A DNA stretch of 57,949 bases, counting the filler, from Sphacelaria rigidula (taxonomy: Eukaryota): the NCBI GenBank assembly GCA_964200075.2. It is 9 parts of 9 records of this genome, joined end to end, with 100 filler letters (N's around TTAATTAATTAA, not from the genome) between each part and the next. Parts side by side here need not be neighbours in the genome. Positions count along the whole stretch, not along the records: positions 6,452 to 12,802 come from CAXNAA020020605.1; positions 12,903 to 19,252 come from CAXNAA020020606.1; positions 19,353 to 25,702 come from CAXNAA020020607.1; 6 more parts are not named here. The stretch is one strand, 5' to 3'. Shown here one piece after another: positions 9,929-23,280 of this stretch. Every line of letters starts with the position of its first letter. The first letter of the stretch is position 1. The position numbers and the translations under genes are program-made. The notes under the pieces are model-generated. The model worked only from the letters and a program-made list of their open reading frames with translations, ran no database searches and was not told where the DNA came from.

Positions 9929-12613
9929 ATGGATCCCGCGCTACACGTGCCCGTAGATTCCCCGACTCGCGGAAAAGCTGCAACAGCTTCCCCTCCAGTC
10001 TCCCCCTACCCCCCACGCCGCCCTCAAAGAGCCGATCAAGCACACGGACGTATGCCGATGGAGACACCACGCCAGCTCTCCCTTCCTCCTCAGTCCCAGG
10101 ATTTGTTTGCTGGTTTCAATATTCTCGACTATGATCGTTGGACCAGAAAGGACACAGATAGCGGGGATCCACCAAAGTAAACCTTGCTGAGAACGTTCCC
10201 CTCGTTGTTGGCAGGAAAACCACTTATCGGTGCAACCGCAACAGGGCGGGTCTTTCCGTAGCCTTACTTTATAGAAACGTACACGGCCTCTTTGCCCCTA
10301 GCGATGAGAGGATGACATTTATGAAGAATCTGTATGCTTAGAAAATGATACAATTTTGCCACGAAGCTTATTTCAAATCCAGCATGAAAATAGGCCCGCT
10401 GCTCTGTTGTCTGTTATGTGCTGCTGTACACTCTGTCGCACTGCAGTCTGTGAACAAGGCGCGTGCGAGAGGGTCCCTCAGGTTGTTGAAAGCTAGCAAT
10501 GGCACCCTTTGCTTGATGAATTCTTTGGATTTGACTGCACTGCTGGAATATAAATAAGCGAACACGATACGAAACGCGTAGTAGATGCTGCTGGCGGCTA
10601 TTCCTGCAGCCGATGTGCTGAGAACTGGGTTGTTCCGGCGAACACAGGCGGGGCAGGCCCGCCGTATCCTGGTCGTTTTCCTGTGCCTGGTATCATGCCA
10701 ACGAGGGAGGAGGGCTGTCAGCTACACAGTTCGCAAGGTACGCTTGCATCTCTCCCGTTCTGAGGAAACTACAGAGCGCGTCAAGACGTGACTCACCAAC
10801 GATATTATGGCCCCATGCCATGTGCACGCAAGGAGGGGACAGACGGAAGGCCACAACACAACTGTAGCTTGATGCTCTCAGCCGGTACTTCAAAACCTGT
10901 GGACAGTGAACAGTCATGCAGATGTCGTCGGTTGTCACATCGAGTTGCGGTTCAATCTGTTTATCCGTAGTTGAGGGTGTAACGATCGGTATGGCGTACT
11001 GCGTAGCTGCGTCGCTTGAAAAGGACTGTATCCTGTACCGCTCTATGCACCATACTACTGTCTGTGCTGCACTGGCGCTGGGGGTACAACTGAGAACTGC
11101 AACTAAAACAATGGCCAACCGTCGAGTTTGTAATTGCCGACATTACTTGCCTCGCACCCCACTCTTCTACTCATCCCCTCGTATAGGCGCCCGCTATGTG
11201 GTGCGGGTGGTTTCCCTCCATCGCCCGTGTTCGATGTCGAGCGTTTTATTATTGTCATCTACGTACTGTCTGAATCTATACGAGGGGTCGGAACGTTGGG
11301 TGTGCCATCGGGACGGCAGTGTTTGTTCCAGATATGCTTTCCCCCAAAATGTGCGATACTGTTGTAGAGCCAAATATGTACCCCGACCACGCAGTTTGGT
11401 ACCCGCAACCAGTGTGCTTCGTAAGCACAAAATGCACTCAAGTCCATGCAAGGGGCCTTCATTCATATTGCACCTGAGTCATACAAGTTACAGACAGTAT
11501 ATCACACGCGTGGGGATGCGTCTGGTTCGTGTCATTTCTTGACTGTTTGAAGGCCCTGCCTGGGATTCTGCTCAGAGAATTTGCCAGCTGACAGTCGTGC
11601 AAGACAGAATGGTTTGTTTACGCGTGAATGGACGCCGGAAGAATATTAGGCTTTTGTGTCGTCACGCGTTTTCCCCCCCCAAAAAAAATATGCGCCTTGC
11701 TCAGGCCGCTCCGTATAATAGACACTTTTGCAGATTTTTATTTTTGTATTATCGGGAGCGGCCTCAAGAGGGGGTCACTTTGAAGTGGAAACCCCGCCGA
11801 GGCGTTACAATTACTTGATTTTTGTATAGAAGACCAAACAAGAACGCATAAGTTATGCGAATTATGCGAAATCATACGAAACAAAAGCCGAAAGAACATG
11901 GGTGCTTGGCCAAGAGATTCGAAAAAAAAAATTGACCCGCCAGGCGCACAGCATTATTCCATCATGGTTCAGCGAGGTAAGTGCACGTTTTTCGCCCTCC
12001 GTGCATCATTTCTTTAGCTCGACTGCGAGTACTGTCGGGCTCAGTATCAGTAATGTTGCAGCGATGGAAACCCCGCGATGCTTTTGCTACTCACCGCAGA
12101 GATTGGTGAGGGCGACACGCTCACCGCCGCGGATCCATGCGGATTGCGAGGGGTTGTATCAAATTGTGCCCGTCCCGCAAAGATGGCTTTCGGAGATGGA
12201 AGGTAATAGATTCCCGCAAACCGTACGAGTGGGCAGGCGGTAGAAACACCACCCAACCACACCGACACCAGCCGCGCGCCTACAGTACGTACACCCACCA
12301 CCCAACAAATACGCCACGCTGTTCGGCTGTTGAGCAACAATGGTTTGTTTTGAGCACGATCGTACATGTAAGCACTGGCGCGATTATTTTCACTTGTTCT
12401 GTTTTCCTGAGGTGGCAAAGCGCTGCTGGCCTGCTACGTACAAATCACGATGATGTGCGGCATGTGGGAGACGAAATTTTTATGGAGGCACTAAAAGCAA
12501 CTAATATCCCCAACACCCCCCCCAAAAGGCTGTCCTGTTGGCTTCCAAGTTGGGGGCTGGAGTTCAGCGAGCTGAACCATGGGTTGCAGATGATTTCTCA
12601 GCGAGAAATTTGA
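9929..12613 (+). CDS. Tentative 4-exon gene of unknown function, divergent from the 9831 gene
   Basis: Candidate exons 9929-10176, 10610-10737, 12100-12202 and 12412-12613 have GT/AG borders and consistent phases (2,1,2) with no internal stop; no recognisable domain and the last acceptor is a weak GAG. Confidence 0.3.
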
Positions 12614-12671
12614 GGTATCCCAGCGGAGTGCTGAATGAGGGGCCCGAAAATATTGTTGCTTCTTGTTTAGC

Positions 12672-12745
12672 ACGCTTTGAACCGCTTCCATTCTTCGGGA
12701 CAAGTCCCTAGTCTCAAGGGATCATCCCATCTGTCCCCCCGTCCT
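12672..12745 (-). mobile_element. SINE 3' end related to family 1
   Basis: TTTGAACCGCTTCCATTCTTCGGGAC...CTCAAGGGATCATCCCATCTGTCCCCC aligns with 20113-20177. Confidence 0.6.
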
Positions 12746-13825
12746 GACCGCCCTCCCCCGTCCCTGGCCATCGTCGGCGCCCACATCCGCGATCGCCCCC
12801 CGNNNNNNNNNNNNNNNNNNNNNNNNNNNNNNNNNNNNNNNNNNNNTTAATTAATTAANNNNNNNNNNNNNNNNNNNNNNNNNNNNNNNNNNNNNNNNNN
12901 NNTTCTTGCCATTTTTCGTACCTTTCTTGGGCAAAAAACGAGAAGGTATACCTTTTCTAGGCCATTGCCCAAAAAAAAATGCTTCTTGAACCTCATTTTG
13001 GAGATCAAGCCCATTTTGCAGGATCCACTGTTATGAGTAACATACGTACATGTTCCTCACCTTCGATACATACGAGATGAATCAAGTGCACATATTTCTC
13101 ACCAATGATTCATACGCAGAGAAAAAAAGTTCCCACAAGTGTCTGTCGAGGAATCTCTTTCCCACACTGGCGACACCTATGAGATAACTCGTACGCTTCC
13201 CACCAAAAAGCGACAATTTTAACTGTTGAGTCGGGACGAAAAAAGTCGGGAAAATGGGACCGCACAACTGGTGGATGACTTCAAAGCAGAGTTCAGAGAC
13301 TTGAGGAAAAAGTTTCTGCAGGGATTGTTAGCTCAGGGTCAACACACGTACACGACGATATGTGAAAAATGCACTGGTGGCCACTGGGGTGCCTGTGACC
13401 TGAAATTCGGACGTTACAGCCGTTGCACAACGTCTGTAGCGTCCGAATGTGAGGTTGCAGGGACCCCAGTGACAACCCGTGTGGTGCACATTCTCCTACA
13501 AACATCTTAAAAATAACTAAAAAGTTACTCATAAAATGGGGGGGGGATGACGTGGAACCACCACACAGAAGGTAGAACTTCCCTCGAGTGTCGAGGGATC
13601 ACTTTTTCACACATCACTGAAACAAAGTAATTTTGATGTCACAGGAGACTCGAGCGAGATTCACCCCAACATTATCGTCAAGGAAATTCGCTGGGAATGT
13701 GGACATCCCATGTAAAAGACCATCATCCAACGATGGATTCCGAATATTTCCTTTAGCCCCACGATAACTCATCATCGCGTCCAACGCGAGGCAGACACAA
13801 ACGCAGACACATTTTTTAATTCTTC

Positions 13826-13960
13826 ATTGTTGATTGTCGCACCTTAACCGATCCCCCGGGAGTCATGATCCAGTCTACGTCATTATCCACATGATAGGTG
13901 TACTGAAGGTCAACAAAACGGAAACGCTCGCTGAAGAAAAGTGAACAGAACAGAAGGGTA
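13826..13960 (-). mobile_element. Retroposon 3' fragment with GTTAAGGTGCGACAATCAA tail (second copy 47624-47770)
   Basis: Both copies share TTGTCGCAC.TTAAC.GA.CCCC...AGTCATGATCCA and GAAAC.CTCGCTGAAGAAAA. Confidence 0.6.
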
Positions 13961-16214
13961 AAAAAAAGTAGACAAAAGAAAAAACGAAAAAAAAATACGA
14001 GAAAAAAATACGAAAAAAAATACGAAAAAAAAATACCAAACAAAAAGTATAATGGCCGGCCTCTGCAACATGGCTTCGGTGGAAAAGATCTTGCGCAAAA
14101 TCCAGTCATACCCATTCGTGAGAAACAAAAATCCTCGGGAACAAATTGCGACTTATCCATTTCGACCTCACTATTTTGTGTATGCCCTCATCCATGAACC
14201 CTACGGACGCGAGTCACCACACTGCTACCTGCACACACCGAGAGGAAAGAACTTACACAAGAATCCCACGATCCTTTTACAGAAATAACAGCACCGGCGA
14301 CATGCCGCATTGTATATACAGATGAATAAATAGCCCGCAGCTACAGTCACCCATCAACCCACCAAAACTCGCAAAATACACATGGACCATTTACAAAATC
14401 CACCTTTCACGTACAGCCAAACAAACACGATGGACCGAGAGCCCGAAATCGACCAAATACCGTGCACAGAAAAGAGGGCACAGTCGATACTACCAGAAAA
14501 ATAAACGACGTGTTGACAACACCATGACGCGTGGCGAATGCGTGCTTTTCAGTAGCGCAGACTCAGTTCTAGCACGGAGAGACTGAACCCAAACAGTTAA
14601 CGTTGAAACCCCGTAATACCGTAGGCTTGAAGGATGACCATGCCTACGACCACGCCAAGCCGAGGGGGGGCTTCTTACCCAATCGGCACCTGACGTCTAT
14701 GGTTCAACACTCCCTCTTTTCCATCAACAATCCCCAGGGCCAACCGTAACCCTACTCCAACCCAAGGCAGAACGACAAGCCTCGGACGAGGGGGTATATA
14801 CGGTGCCCGAGGCCAAGTATGCGTATGAGTTATTCGGACTATAAGTCCTGCAAGCGAAAATGATGGCCTACACTGAAAACAGTTATGTTCAACCATGAAT
14901 TTGGGGCGCCGCGTTGGGGGAAAGCTCTACTACTGCGCTAGCCGAGGGCAAACTTCACGTGCTCGCGCTAAACATTCTAGGCAAGTGTGAAAATGCCACG
15001 GGTACGCTCTTCTTCGTGTTGGGAACACTTTCCCCCTCGCCTCACCCACGTCCCGGCATACGAGCCCTGCTTCTCCGGACCTCCGGCTAGGGCTCAGAGG
15101 AGCGCTGATCGCACGGGCGGCAAAGCCGCGGAGAAGCATGAGGGTCCGACGGCTCAGCGGCTTGAACAGCCCTGGGATGAACTTGGGTTAAGATGGCACA
15201 ATGACCACTGAGCTAGCTCAACATTGAGAGCTGACTGTTCATGCTCAATGATTATTTCATCTTCTAGCCATGGTTCGAGTCTCTCCCTCCGCACACTAGC
15301 GGGAACACAAACGTACATTAGGCCAAATTCAGCAATTCATCACGCAGAGCCTCTACAATCGCAAAAATAGTGGGATAGCTTATATGAAAGTGCATAGCGA
15401 AATAAACCTGCCGGAAAGACGAACACTTCGCGCTAGACGAGCGAGGGCCATTCATGCATTCGGTGGTACGTATACACCGTCCCTATCACCGCAGGCGGGG
15501 TTCTCATATGCATGCCTACAAAAAGTTATCAAGTTAAAAGTTCCCTCCGGGACGAACGAAGCATCTCAGAACGGAAGCTTGGTGCCCTGCTGCACATCTC
15601 CCACCATGTGTCCACCCTGTTCCATCTTGACTTCATTGTAGCGTACCATTCCCTCGATCTTTCCCGTCGAACGCACCTGTCAATAGTTCAACGTGAAACG
15701 GACACGTGGTCATTTCTGGAACCCGCTCACAAAAGCACCATAACCGTGGCACCCCACATGATGAGACTTACCGCCCTCAAAGGAGGCGACGGCCCAGTGA
15801 TCCACGTGTGTGAGCCGCTAGGAGGAGGGCTGTGCGTTCCAGTGAAGATAGGTGCACCACGAGTTAGCTGCCCCTCATCCACCCACTCATCGGAGTATGA
15901 CAATACTCTACACGTCGGACAACTCATCTCATATACCTCATTTTCGTACAACCCAGCTGTTGAGATATTGTGCAGATCTCGGCGGTATCTATTTCCACTG
16001 GCAGAGCTACATTGTATAGCTCAGCGATACCTTTTCCCACTGGATGGATGGATCGTATCACAGAACCAAGTCAACTCATCATTTGTCCGGAGTATTGATA
16101 CTCCGTTGACGGAATGGACAACGAAAAGCCGTGATGCCGCACGAGTGCGTGCGTGTAGAACATACGGGTATACGCTGGTACGCACATCATGGCGATCAAA
16201 CAGTTTCGATGAGT

Positions 16215-16585
16215 GATGCTACGGTAGGGGCACACAAATACTTTCTGAGGCTGGAATTGTTAAGAGCCTTTTATCTCATCATCCCAAACATGACTTATGA
16301 AAGTATGCGAGAGTACGCCAGGATTACTATTCCAATGTGCTGGGGATATCCCGAATGAAATTGCAAACGGGGATGCCCGGACTCATATTTTTGTGCATCT
16401 AGAATCGTCAGGAGCCCCTGAACTAGACATAATTTCGCGAAAAAAGTGCTTCCCTACCGTAGCATTGCTCTACAAACGGGGATGCCCTGACCCATATTCT
16501 TGTGCGTCTAGAATCGTTAGGAGCCCCTGAACCAAACAAAAAAAAAATCGCGAAAAAAGTGCACCCCTACCGTAGCATTGCTCTG
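16215..16585. mobile_element. MITE-like element with ATGCTACGGTAGGG / CCCTACCGTAGCATTGCTCT ends and a tandemly duplicated right end
   Basis: Inverted termini at ~16216 and 16452-16471; ~110-bp duplication ending 16585; the motif recurs near 16632, 17351, 17763, 18109 and 28651. Confidence 0.6.
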
Positions 16586-17052
16586 ATCTGCATACCGCAA
16601 GATGAAAGTCCTGTGGTACACTGGAGATAAGTGCTACGGTGGTAGGGATGTGGACAAATATTTTCTCCGACGTTTGAACTGTTGGGAGCCCTCTACAAAT
16701 ATCTCATCAAGAAAACGGCGTGTGTGAAAACAGGCTTGGCCAGCTGAAGTGATATTGAGATGAATTTTGGCGATGCGGTGGGTAATTCGAAGAGAGTTAG
16801 GCGCTGAAATTTCGACACGGCATCTTCATTGTCACTGCGCACAACATTTCTGGGGGTACATTAAAAAAGAAAACAGGCAAGTTACAGCAATTTGAAATTT
16901 CTTCAAAAACTAGAAAAATGCTGTGAGTGATTCCGTGAAAAAAAAATACGAATGCACCTCGAGAAATGTTGTGCGCAATGATAATAAAGACGTTGTGTCA
17001 AGATTTCAGCGCCTAGCTCTTCGAATTACCCACCGCATCCAATTTTTTGTGT

Positions 17053-17122
17053 GGCACCCGGTGGTCAAACTGGTAGAACCGCCCCTTATTACAGATGTCA
17101 CGAGTTCGAATCCCGACAGGAC
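17053..17122 (+). mobile_element. tRNA-derived SINE head, family 3
   Basis: TGGTCAAACTGG (A box) and GAGTTCGAATCC (B box) at Pol III spacing; no proper acceptor or anticodon stems. Confidence 0.55.
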
Positions 17123-18859
17123 CATTTTGTTTTTGCGCATAATCTGGCATAGCGCCTTGCATCTGGGGGGTGTGTAGCGCGGTTTGAGGTAGTACTTCTC
17201 CCTCTTACAGTGATAAATGACCGTCGGCTGGGAAATTCTCTCCCATGATGGAGCTGTTGACAACCTTGATGCCATCTTGCAGCACTACTCGTGTGCCAGT
17301 GTGCTTTTGCCTGCGCGTGTCGAGTCAACGCGTGCCTGTGCGGCGCAATTCCCTACCGTAATCCCACCGCATTTCGTGAGACGAAACGTCATCAGACACG
17401 CTATCACGCAACGGCACGAGACGTCCCCGATACTCAATGCAGTACAATGACATACATCATCGCCGAAACTTCGCCAATCGATCAGCGGCGGTGCCGTGGA
17501 TGACCAGGTTGGTCTGCAGTTCACAGCGATATGCTCGAGTCGAGCTGATTTGGTGAACTTGACGACTTATGGTTGGAGATGCAAATACGGGATGTACTGC
17601 TGGCCCAGCTTGCACGTGTTAGCACGCCACGATAAGCATCCCAATGGGCTGGGGATATATCCCAAATAAATTTGAAAACGAGAATGTCCCCCCCCATATT
17701 TTTGGGTAGCTCCTAATTTCAGGAGCTCCTCAACGAGAAATATCTGGGCCGAATTGTGCAACCCCTACCGTAGCATGACTTTTCAGGAGGACCAAGACAA
17801 CCTGATAGGTTCGCTTTGGCACTCCTGCGGACAAAAACGCCAACGCCTCGCTCCAGCATCACGATCCCGGCGGAGAAAACTTACACGCATTGGTTCTAGA
17901 TTACTTTGCTTTTCATGGGTTCTCATGTGCACCAGGAGAGCATAAACTCGATGGAACTCGACGGGCTGCTGTAGAGCTCATCAATTACTCGACATCAAAA
18001 AGTTCAGGCGAAAGCGGGTGATCGGTCCATCTGAACTACATGCACAATCTCAAGGTGGATCTCTCCTAGGATGCTACTCTCAACAGCCCCTTGGGCTGGC
18101 CGGTACAGCCTACCGTAGCGCAGCAGAGTACAATCGCCCAGACCCGGTCATTCACGCAGTGGTCTGTTCCTGACCCGAAGTCACCCTACACCGAACAAAC
18201 GTGGGCTGTGCTGAGCCTTGCAATCGACCTACGCGGGACAGGGCAGTATCGCAGTGTCAGCGATAGCCAGAGCTCTCTCGGGAACTGACTACTTCGTACA
18301 TCCGAGACTGCTCATATCCTCGCCAAGGAAAGTCGGACTTCATGGCAAACGCGCCCGCTATTTGCAGCAGAAATGTAGTTGCATTCGTTTCTGACCTCAG
18401 GTTACTTCCCACCCCGAAACGAAGGAAAAAATGTACTCATCATGCGGATATCGGCGGTGCACGATCCAACAGTGTGAAGAAAAAAAGAGTAAGAGAAAGT
18501 CGCAAGCCTCCGCTAAAGATAGCAACGCGAATGCTACCTACTTATCGTGTACACAGCACAGATCATCATCCAGGGTAACGTCTCTTGTCCTTTTCTCGAT
18601 TGGGTATTGATGCGTGTCCTGTTGCGCAAGAACTTCCCCACTCAAAGCCGCATATTGCAGAGGCTGACCATTTCTAGTTTTTCCTCGTCATTTGTTGCTT
18701 CACTATACTATTCGTGTCTGTTCCAGATTTCTGCTTTCTCCACTTTCCTCAAGCGAGTGCCTCCGTTCTGTTTTGTAGCGCGTACGTCCGTCATGTGAAT
18801 GATGATCATATGTACGGGGGGACCAGTTCAAGTGCGACAATCAATCGAAATCAATCGAT

Positions 18860-19178
18860 CAAGTGGAATCAGCCATAAAATCCAAACAAGCGCGAGAAAA
18901 TCGTGACCCCACCTCGAGGAGCGTGCGCGCGGTCAGTGTCCCATGCAAACGCCCTCCGATGTCGGCTCGCCTTACGTCCGCCATGCCCACGTATTTACCC
19001 CCCTTTGGCACGGCCAGGAAACCCCCACGGTAGTTGCCCTCGAAATATCCTTCTACTATCAGAGTCTGCAGCATGACAATATAGTTGCAGGTCGGAATAT
19101 GGAGAACCAAGTATGCAGAGAATACGGAGAGGAAAAAATGGTTGATGGTCAAACAACTGAGGCAAGCAACAAATGGAT

Positions 19179-19210
<32 letters not shown>
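18860..19210 (+). mobile_element. C-tailed element, long variant (5' limit uncertain)
   Basis: Ends GGTTGATGGTCAAACAACTGAGGCAAGCAACAAATGGATAC with a C31 run (19180-19210); terminus matches the 44767-44847 element. Confidence 0.6.
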
Positions 19211-19948
19211 ACACTAAGGGAAAAACAGCGCGCGGGGGGGGGGCATATCCACNNNNNNNNNNNNNNNNNNNNNNNNNNNNNNNNNNNNNNNNNNNNTTAA
19301 TTAATTAANNNNNNNNNNNNNNNNNNNNNNNNNNNNNNNNNNNNNNNNNNNNCAGGATACTGTTGTCTGTGCTGTCTCATGCAGTTAGTTGTAGGTGTCA
19401 GCTTGCACACAACAGTAGTACGCACGGCTGTAAAAAAATGATGCGTACAGCGTGAGATATGTGGACAACGTGCAATACAGACAATAGCAGGCAGTACTGT
19501 ACTGTCTGTACTGCCGATTGAACAGTAGGATCTACACACCATGCTGCACCCGACGGCTGCCGAAAATTATTTGGGCGACGTGCAGTGCAGACACTACGTG
19601 GGTTGTACTGCCGTATCCAACAGTACAGTAGGATGAAATTATTACTTTGCCAGTGGTACAACGGCTGTGCTAATGATGTAGGCAACGTGCAGTACAGACA
19701 GAACTAAGCACGATAATACTGCCTGTTCTGCCTGCCGCATACGGCAGTATACATGCGCACATGTCAGGTTGGAGACGGTAATATACAACCGCTGCACTAG
19801 AATTGATGCGGAGGAGTGCGTGCAGACATTACTAGACAGTATAGTACTTGTCTGTACTGCCGCGTGCGTGATATGGCAGTATAGATTGAAGATGGCAGGT
19901 TGCACATAGTGCGAGCTGGGCCAGCAGCGATCGGGGGAGGTCTACGTT

Positions 19949-22648
19949 TCAACATATTATTTTCCGGCATTCCTTCAAGCAGTGGCTTGCATATATGACG
20001 GTGATATCTGTTATTTTGCAACGTCTGAGAGCGGAATGCGTGGTATTCCAGTCATGTCTGCTGATAGCGAGAGTTCCTTCGCCGTTTTTTTTGCCATGAC
20101 ATACTTGTCGCATTTTGAACCCCTTCCCTTCCTCGGGACGACTCCGTGACCTCAAGGGATCAACCCATCTCTCCCCGGTACAGGCGTTGCATTTTGGTCC
20201 GGCAGATTGGGTTAGCACTCCTGCCCCGCGTCAACTCACGTCGAACAAACTCAGTCAACTACTCTGTTTACTCCCGTCCTCACGCTTTCCACGGTGAAAA
20301 TCAGATACTACGGAGGAAAAACCCAACGCGTCGGGAATCGAACCCTCGTTCTCTCCACCCTGATAGCGACGGCCGGACCATTACACCACCGGGGCGCGGC
20401 GGCAAGCAGTAGCGCTGTATATACGCGGAGGAGCCAGCAGCTCTTATAAGAGAGGATCACTCACCGCTAGGGCGCTCGGTTTTCTCGTGCTGTAAAATCT
20501 CCATTTTCTTGTTCATCAGTTCGTCTTTTTGCAGCGAAAGTTTGGCCATCTTCACAACAGCGTCCTTGGCCATCTGCGAGGGTGCCGAAGTATGCATCCA
20601 GGAGTCTCATGAACGCCAACAAGCAAGGCTCACAAGCTGCTGTTTTTGCACGCCGACCCTTACGGCGCACAACAAGAGAAGCTGCAAAACGTGCAAAACA
20701 AAAACAAGAATTAAAAAAATATCACCTCGACTTCCTCGGGATTAACAGCTTTTTTACTCGTCCAATTCGCTGCCTTGACCCATCGACAGCTGGTGGGGTT
20801 GTACGCGAAGCCGGCTCCGTAGTACTCGTCCACGTTTTTGTACTTTTTGCCTCGGTAGAGCTTGATCGTTCCTGGATGGTTGATCAAGAGTTGGTCGACA
20901 TTGGAGCAACACACGAGGGAACAGACCGGATCCGAGCAGTTTGTCAAGAGTGGAAAGAAAACAAGAAATTAAGGGTCAATGAGGTGTCGTCGTGTTATCC
21001 CGGACAGTGCCGTTCCGAATATTGAATAAGGAATATCGTCGTATTATCCCGGATGCATAATCCCGTTTCAAGACATCATCGGGTAGAATTCACGCCCATA
21101 AACACACCGCACCACACCTATTGCGACGGCGTCCTTGTACTGCTCCAGCGTTAGGAAAGGCTTCTCCTCCGCCTCAGTGGAGTCACCATCGCTTTTGACG
21201 CTCAAGCTCAGATGGTGTATTGCGTTCGTTATCTGGGAAGTATGCCCCAAATAGCATCGATCGTGGGAAGCAGAGTACAACGAGAAGGCAACACGGGCAG
21301 GTGAGCAGAAAACCTCGAAAATAGACAAAATAAAATAGAGTCACCGGACACGGAACGGGAGGCACGACACCAAGGTGGATGAAGTAGAAGGGGATCATGG
21401 TGTATTGCTGTTCACCGATATGACTTTGTAGCCAGCGAAGAGACAAAAAAGCAACGGGTATGCCTTTGCTTCCACTTGGACTGACCGGCTTGCCCTATCT
21501 CAACGCTACAGCGACCAAGCGCACGAGACACGTGCATACTCTCCACTTGGGTTTTCATATCGTTGGCACAACAGATCACATCACGACCACACACCATAGA
21601 TACAGCTAGAGAGAGCACCGTAGAGGTGCTGAGGGTGACCGTTCCCAGAACAACCGCGACAGTACTACCCTTCCCCAACCCGAGAGAAAAATATATTTCC
21701 CCCAGACAAACATACACCCTCCGCAAAAACGTGGCTACGCGGAACAAAGTGCAAATCTCGCAGTTTTCATATTCACCAGAGCAAGCTCAGCGTCCGCCAT
21801 GTCCAGCTCAGCCCTCCTCGTCCGCTGCTCCGTGGTAGGTGGACACGACCTTCCAACCCTCCTACCATGATCCCCAGACGCCCCGCTGCTGCTACCACCA
21901 CCGCGCTGTGTATGGTGGTCGTCATCCTCCGACGACCATTGCACAGTCCTCTTGCTTCTACTGCGAGGGTTGGTCGATCGCCCTCGTCGCCCCTCGCCAC
22001 GCTCCCGTTCGTCTCGCTGTTCTTGATCCGAACCGCGACCACGTTGCCGCTCGCCCGAACACAGGGTGGGAAGCAGGTGTTGCTTGTCCTCGCGCTTTGA
22101 TGTCGACTCAGATTCCACGACCATCAGCCGCACCGGCTGTGGCTGTGCTTGCGGCGGCGGCGGCGGCGATACAGTAGCAGCACCACTTGGTGGCGGCGGC
22201 GGAAGCGGCGGCGGCGACGGAGATACAGCAGTAGCACTACTTAGCGACGGCGGCAGAGGCGGCGGTGGCGGCGACGGGTATGCGCCAATAGCACCACTTA
22301 GCAACGGCGGCGGTGGCGGCAGCGGCGGAGATACTACAGCAGCACCACTTAGCGGCGGTGGCGGTGGAGGCGGCGGCGGCGGCGGCGACGATACGGCAGC
22401 AGCACCATTTAGCGGCGGGGGCGGAGGCGGCGGGAGCGGAGGCGGCGACGATACGGCAGCGACCCCACTCAACGGGGCACCCCAGCGGGTCTTACGGTGC
22501 GATTGTGGATCATGCTGCTGCTGTTGGGGCGGTGGCGGCGGCGAAGTAACACTCGGTGGGACATCCCAGCGTTTCTTACGGCACGGCTTCGCATCTTGCG
22601 TGCCGCCGCTGACGCCGCCACCTGAGATCCAGACATTTTGCTGGCGGT
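19949..22648 (-). CDS. Spliced gene, 5' end undefined: ULM-like motifs, polyproline repeats, R-rich segment and an unknown C-terminal domain
   Basis: Exons ~22648-21777, 21232-21118, 20871-20726, 20573-20465 and 20007-19949; the four introns are GT-AG with matching phases (0,1,0,1): ...AELAL|ITNAIHHLS...AVAI|GTIKLYRGKKYKNVDEYYGAGF...EEVE|MAKDAVVKM...ERPS|DITVIYASHCLKECRKIIC*. Confidence 0.72.
20107..20398 (-). mobile_element. tRNA-derived SINE family 1 (intronic)
   Basis: Full-length homologue of 712-989 with A box TGGTGTAATGG and B box GGTTCGATTCC. Confidence 0.88.
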
Positions 22649-22949
22649 ACCTGAAATTCCCCAAGATATGTAGTTGACACGTTCAACCCATAGGCGAGAG
22701 AGACGGAGAAAATGCTTGATGTTATATGGGTGAAAAAGTACGGAGATACGCGGACTGATTCCGCTTCGGAAACCGGGTATACGCGCGATTTTTATCCATG
22801 ATTTTACCATGCCCCTGTCGACACTGTGTGTGCTAGATGCAACCATACTGCCACGCAGCGGACTGGGCCCGGCGGGATAAGGAATCAGGCGGCCTTGCTT
22901 GATGTGTCATCATGTCCTTTTATGTCGTGTGTGTTGTCGTCTAGTCTAT

Positions 22950-23280
22950 TCTGAACGCCAGTCTACACCTTTCGGTATATGTGGGTGCATAAGCCGGTGT
23001 CGCACAGGAGGAAGGCCAATACAGGAACTTTTGTTCGCTTTAGTACCCTCCCTTCCTTCTGCGGTGCTTGTGTTCTCTTTTATATCGCAAGAGGGTTTCA
23101 GCGGCCCCTTTTCCCCGCCGACCGTGAGTCGAAATTTGCGTAACCACGACATGGACGCTCTCTACTGTTGGGCATCTTGTGAGAAAAAATCCCAGGTCGT
23201 GTGACTACACTGAAAGTTGAACCCACGACCCGACCGTCAGAAATTTTCGATGTTACCAACTGAGCCACCGGGGCAACCGG
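22950..23280 (-). mobile_element. tRNA-derived SINE family 2
   Basis: Head GCCCCGGTGGCTCAGTTGGTAAC...GGGTTCAACTTT; body homologous to 25472-25698. Confidence 0.75.

Noticed and set aside
14511..16216. Possible LTR (TG start, TATA) and 234-aa ORF 15512-16216
   Set aside because: No second LTR, PBS or recognisable protein motif; left unassigned.
17053..17122. tRNA genes at SINE heads (also near 930-989, 23205-23280, 47211, 57778)
   Set aside because: Only A and B boxes are present; there is no cloverleaf with proper acceptor and anticodon stems, and the family 1 and 2 heads continue into a repeated body.
22066..22677. Plus-strand Gly-rich ORF
   Set aside because: It is the antisense shadow of the polyproline exon; splice signals support the minus strand.
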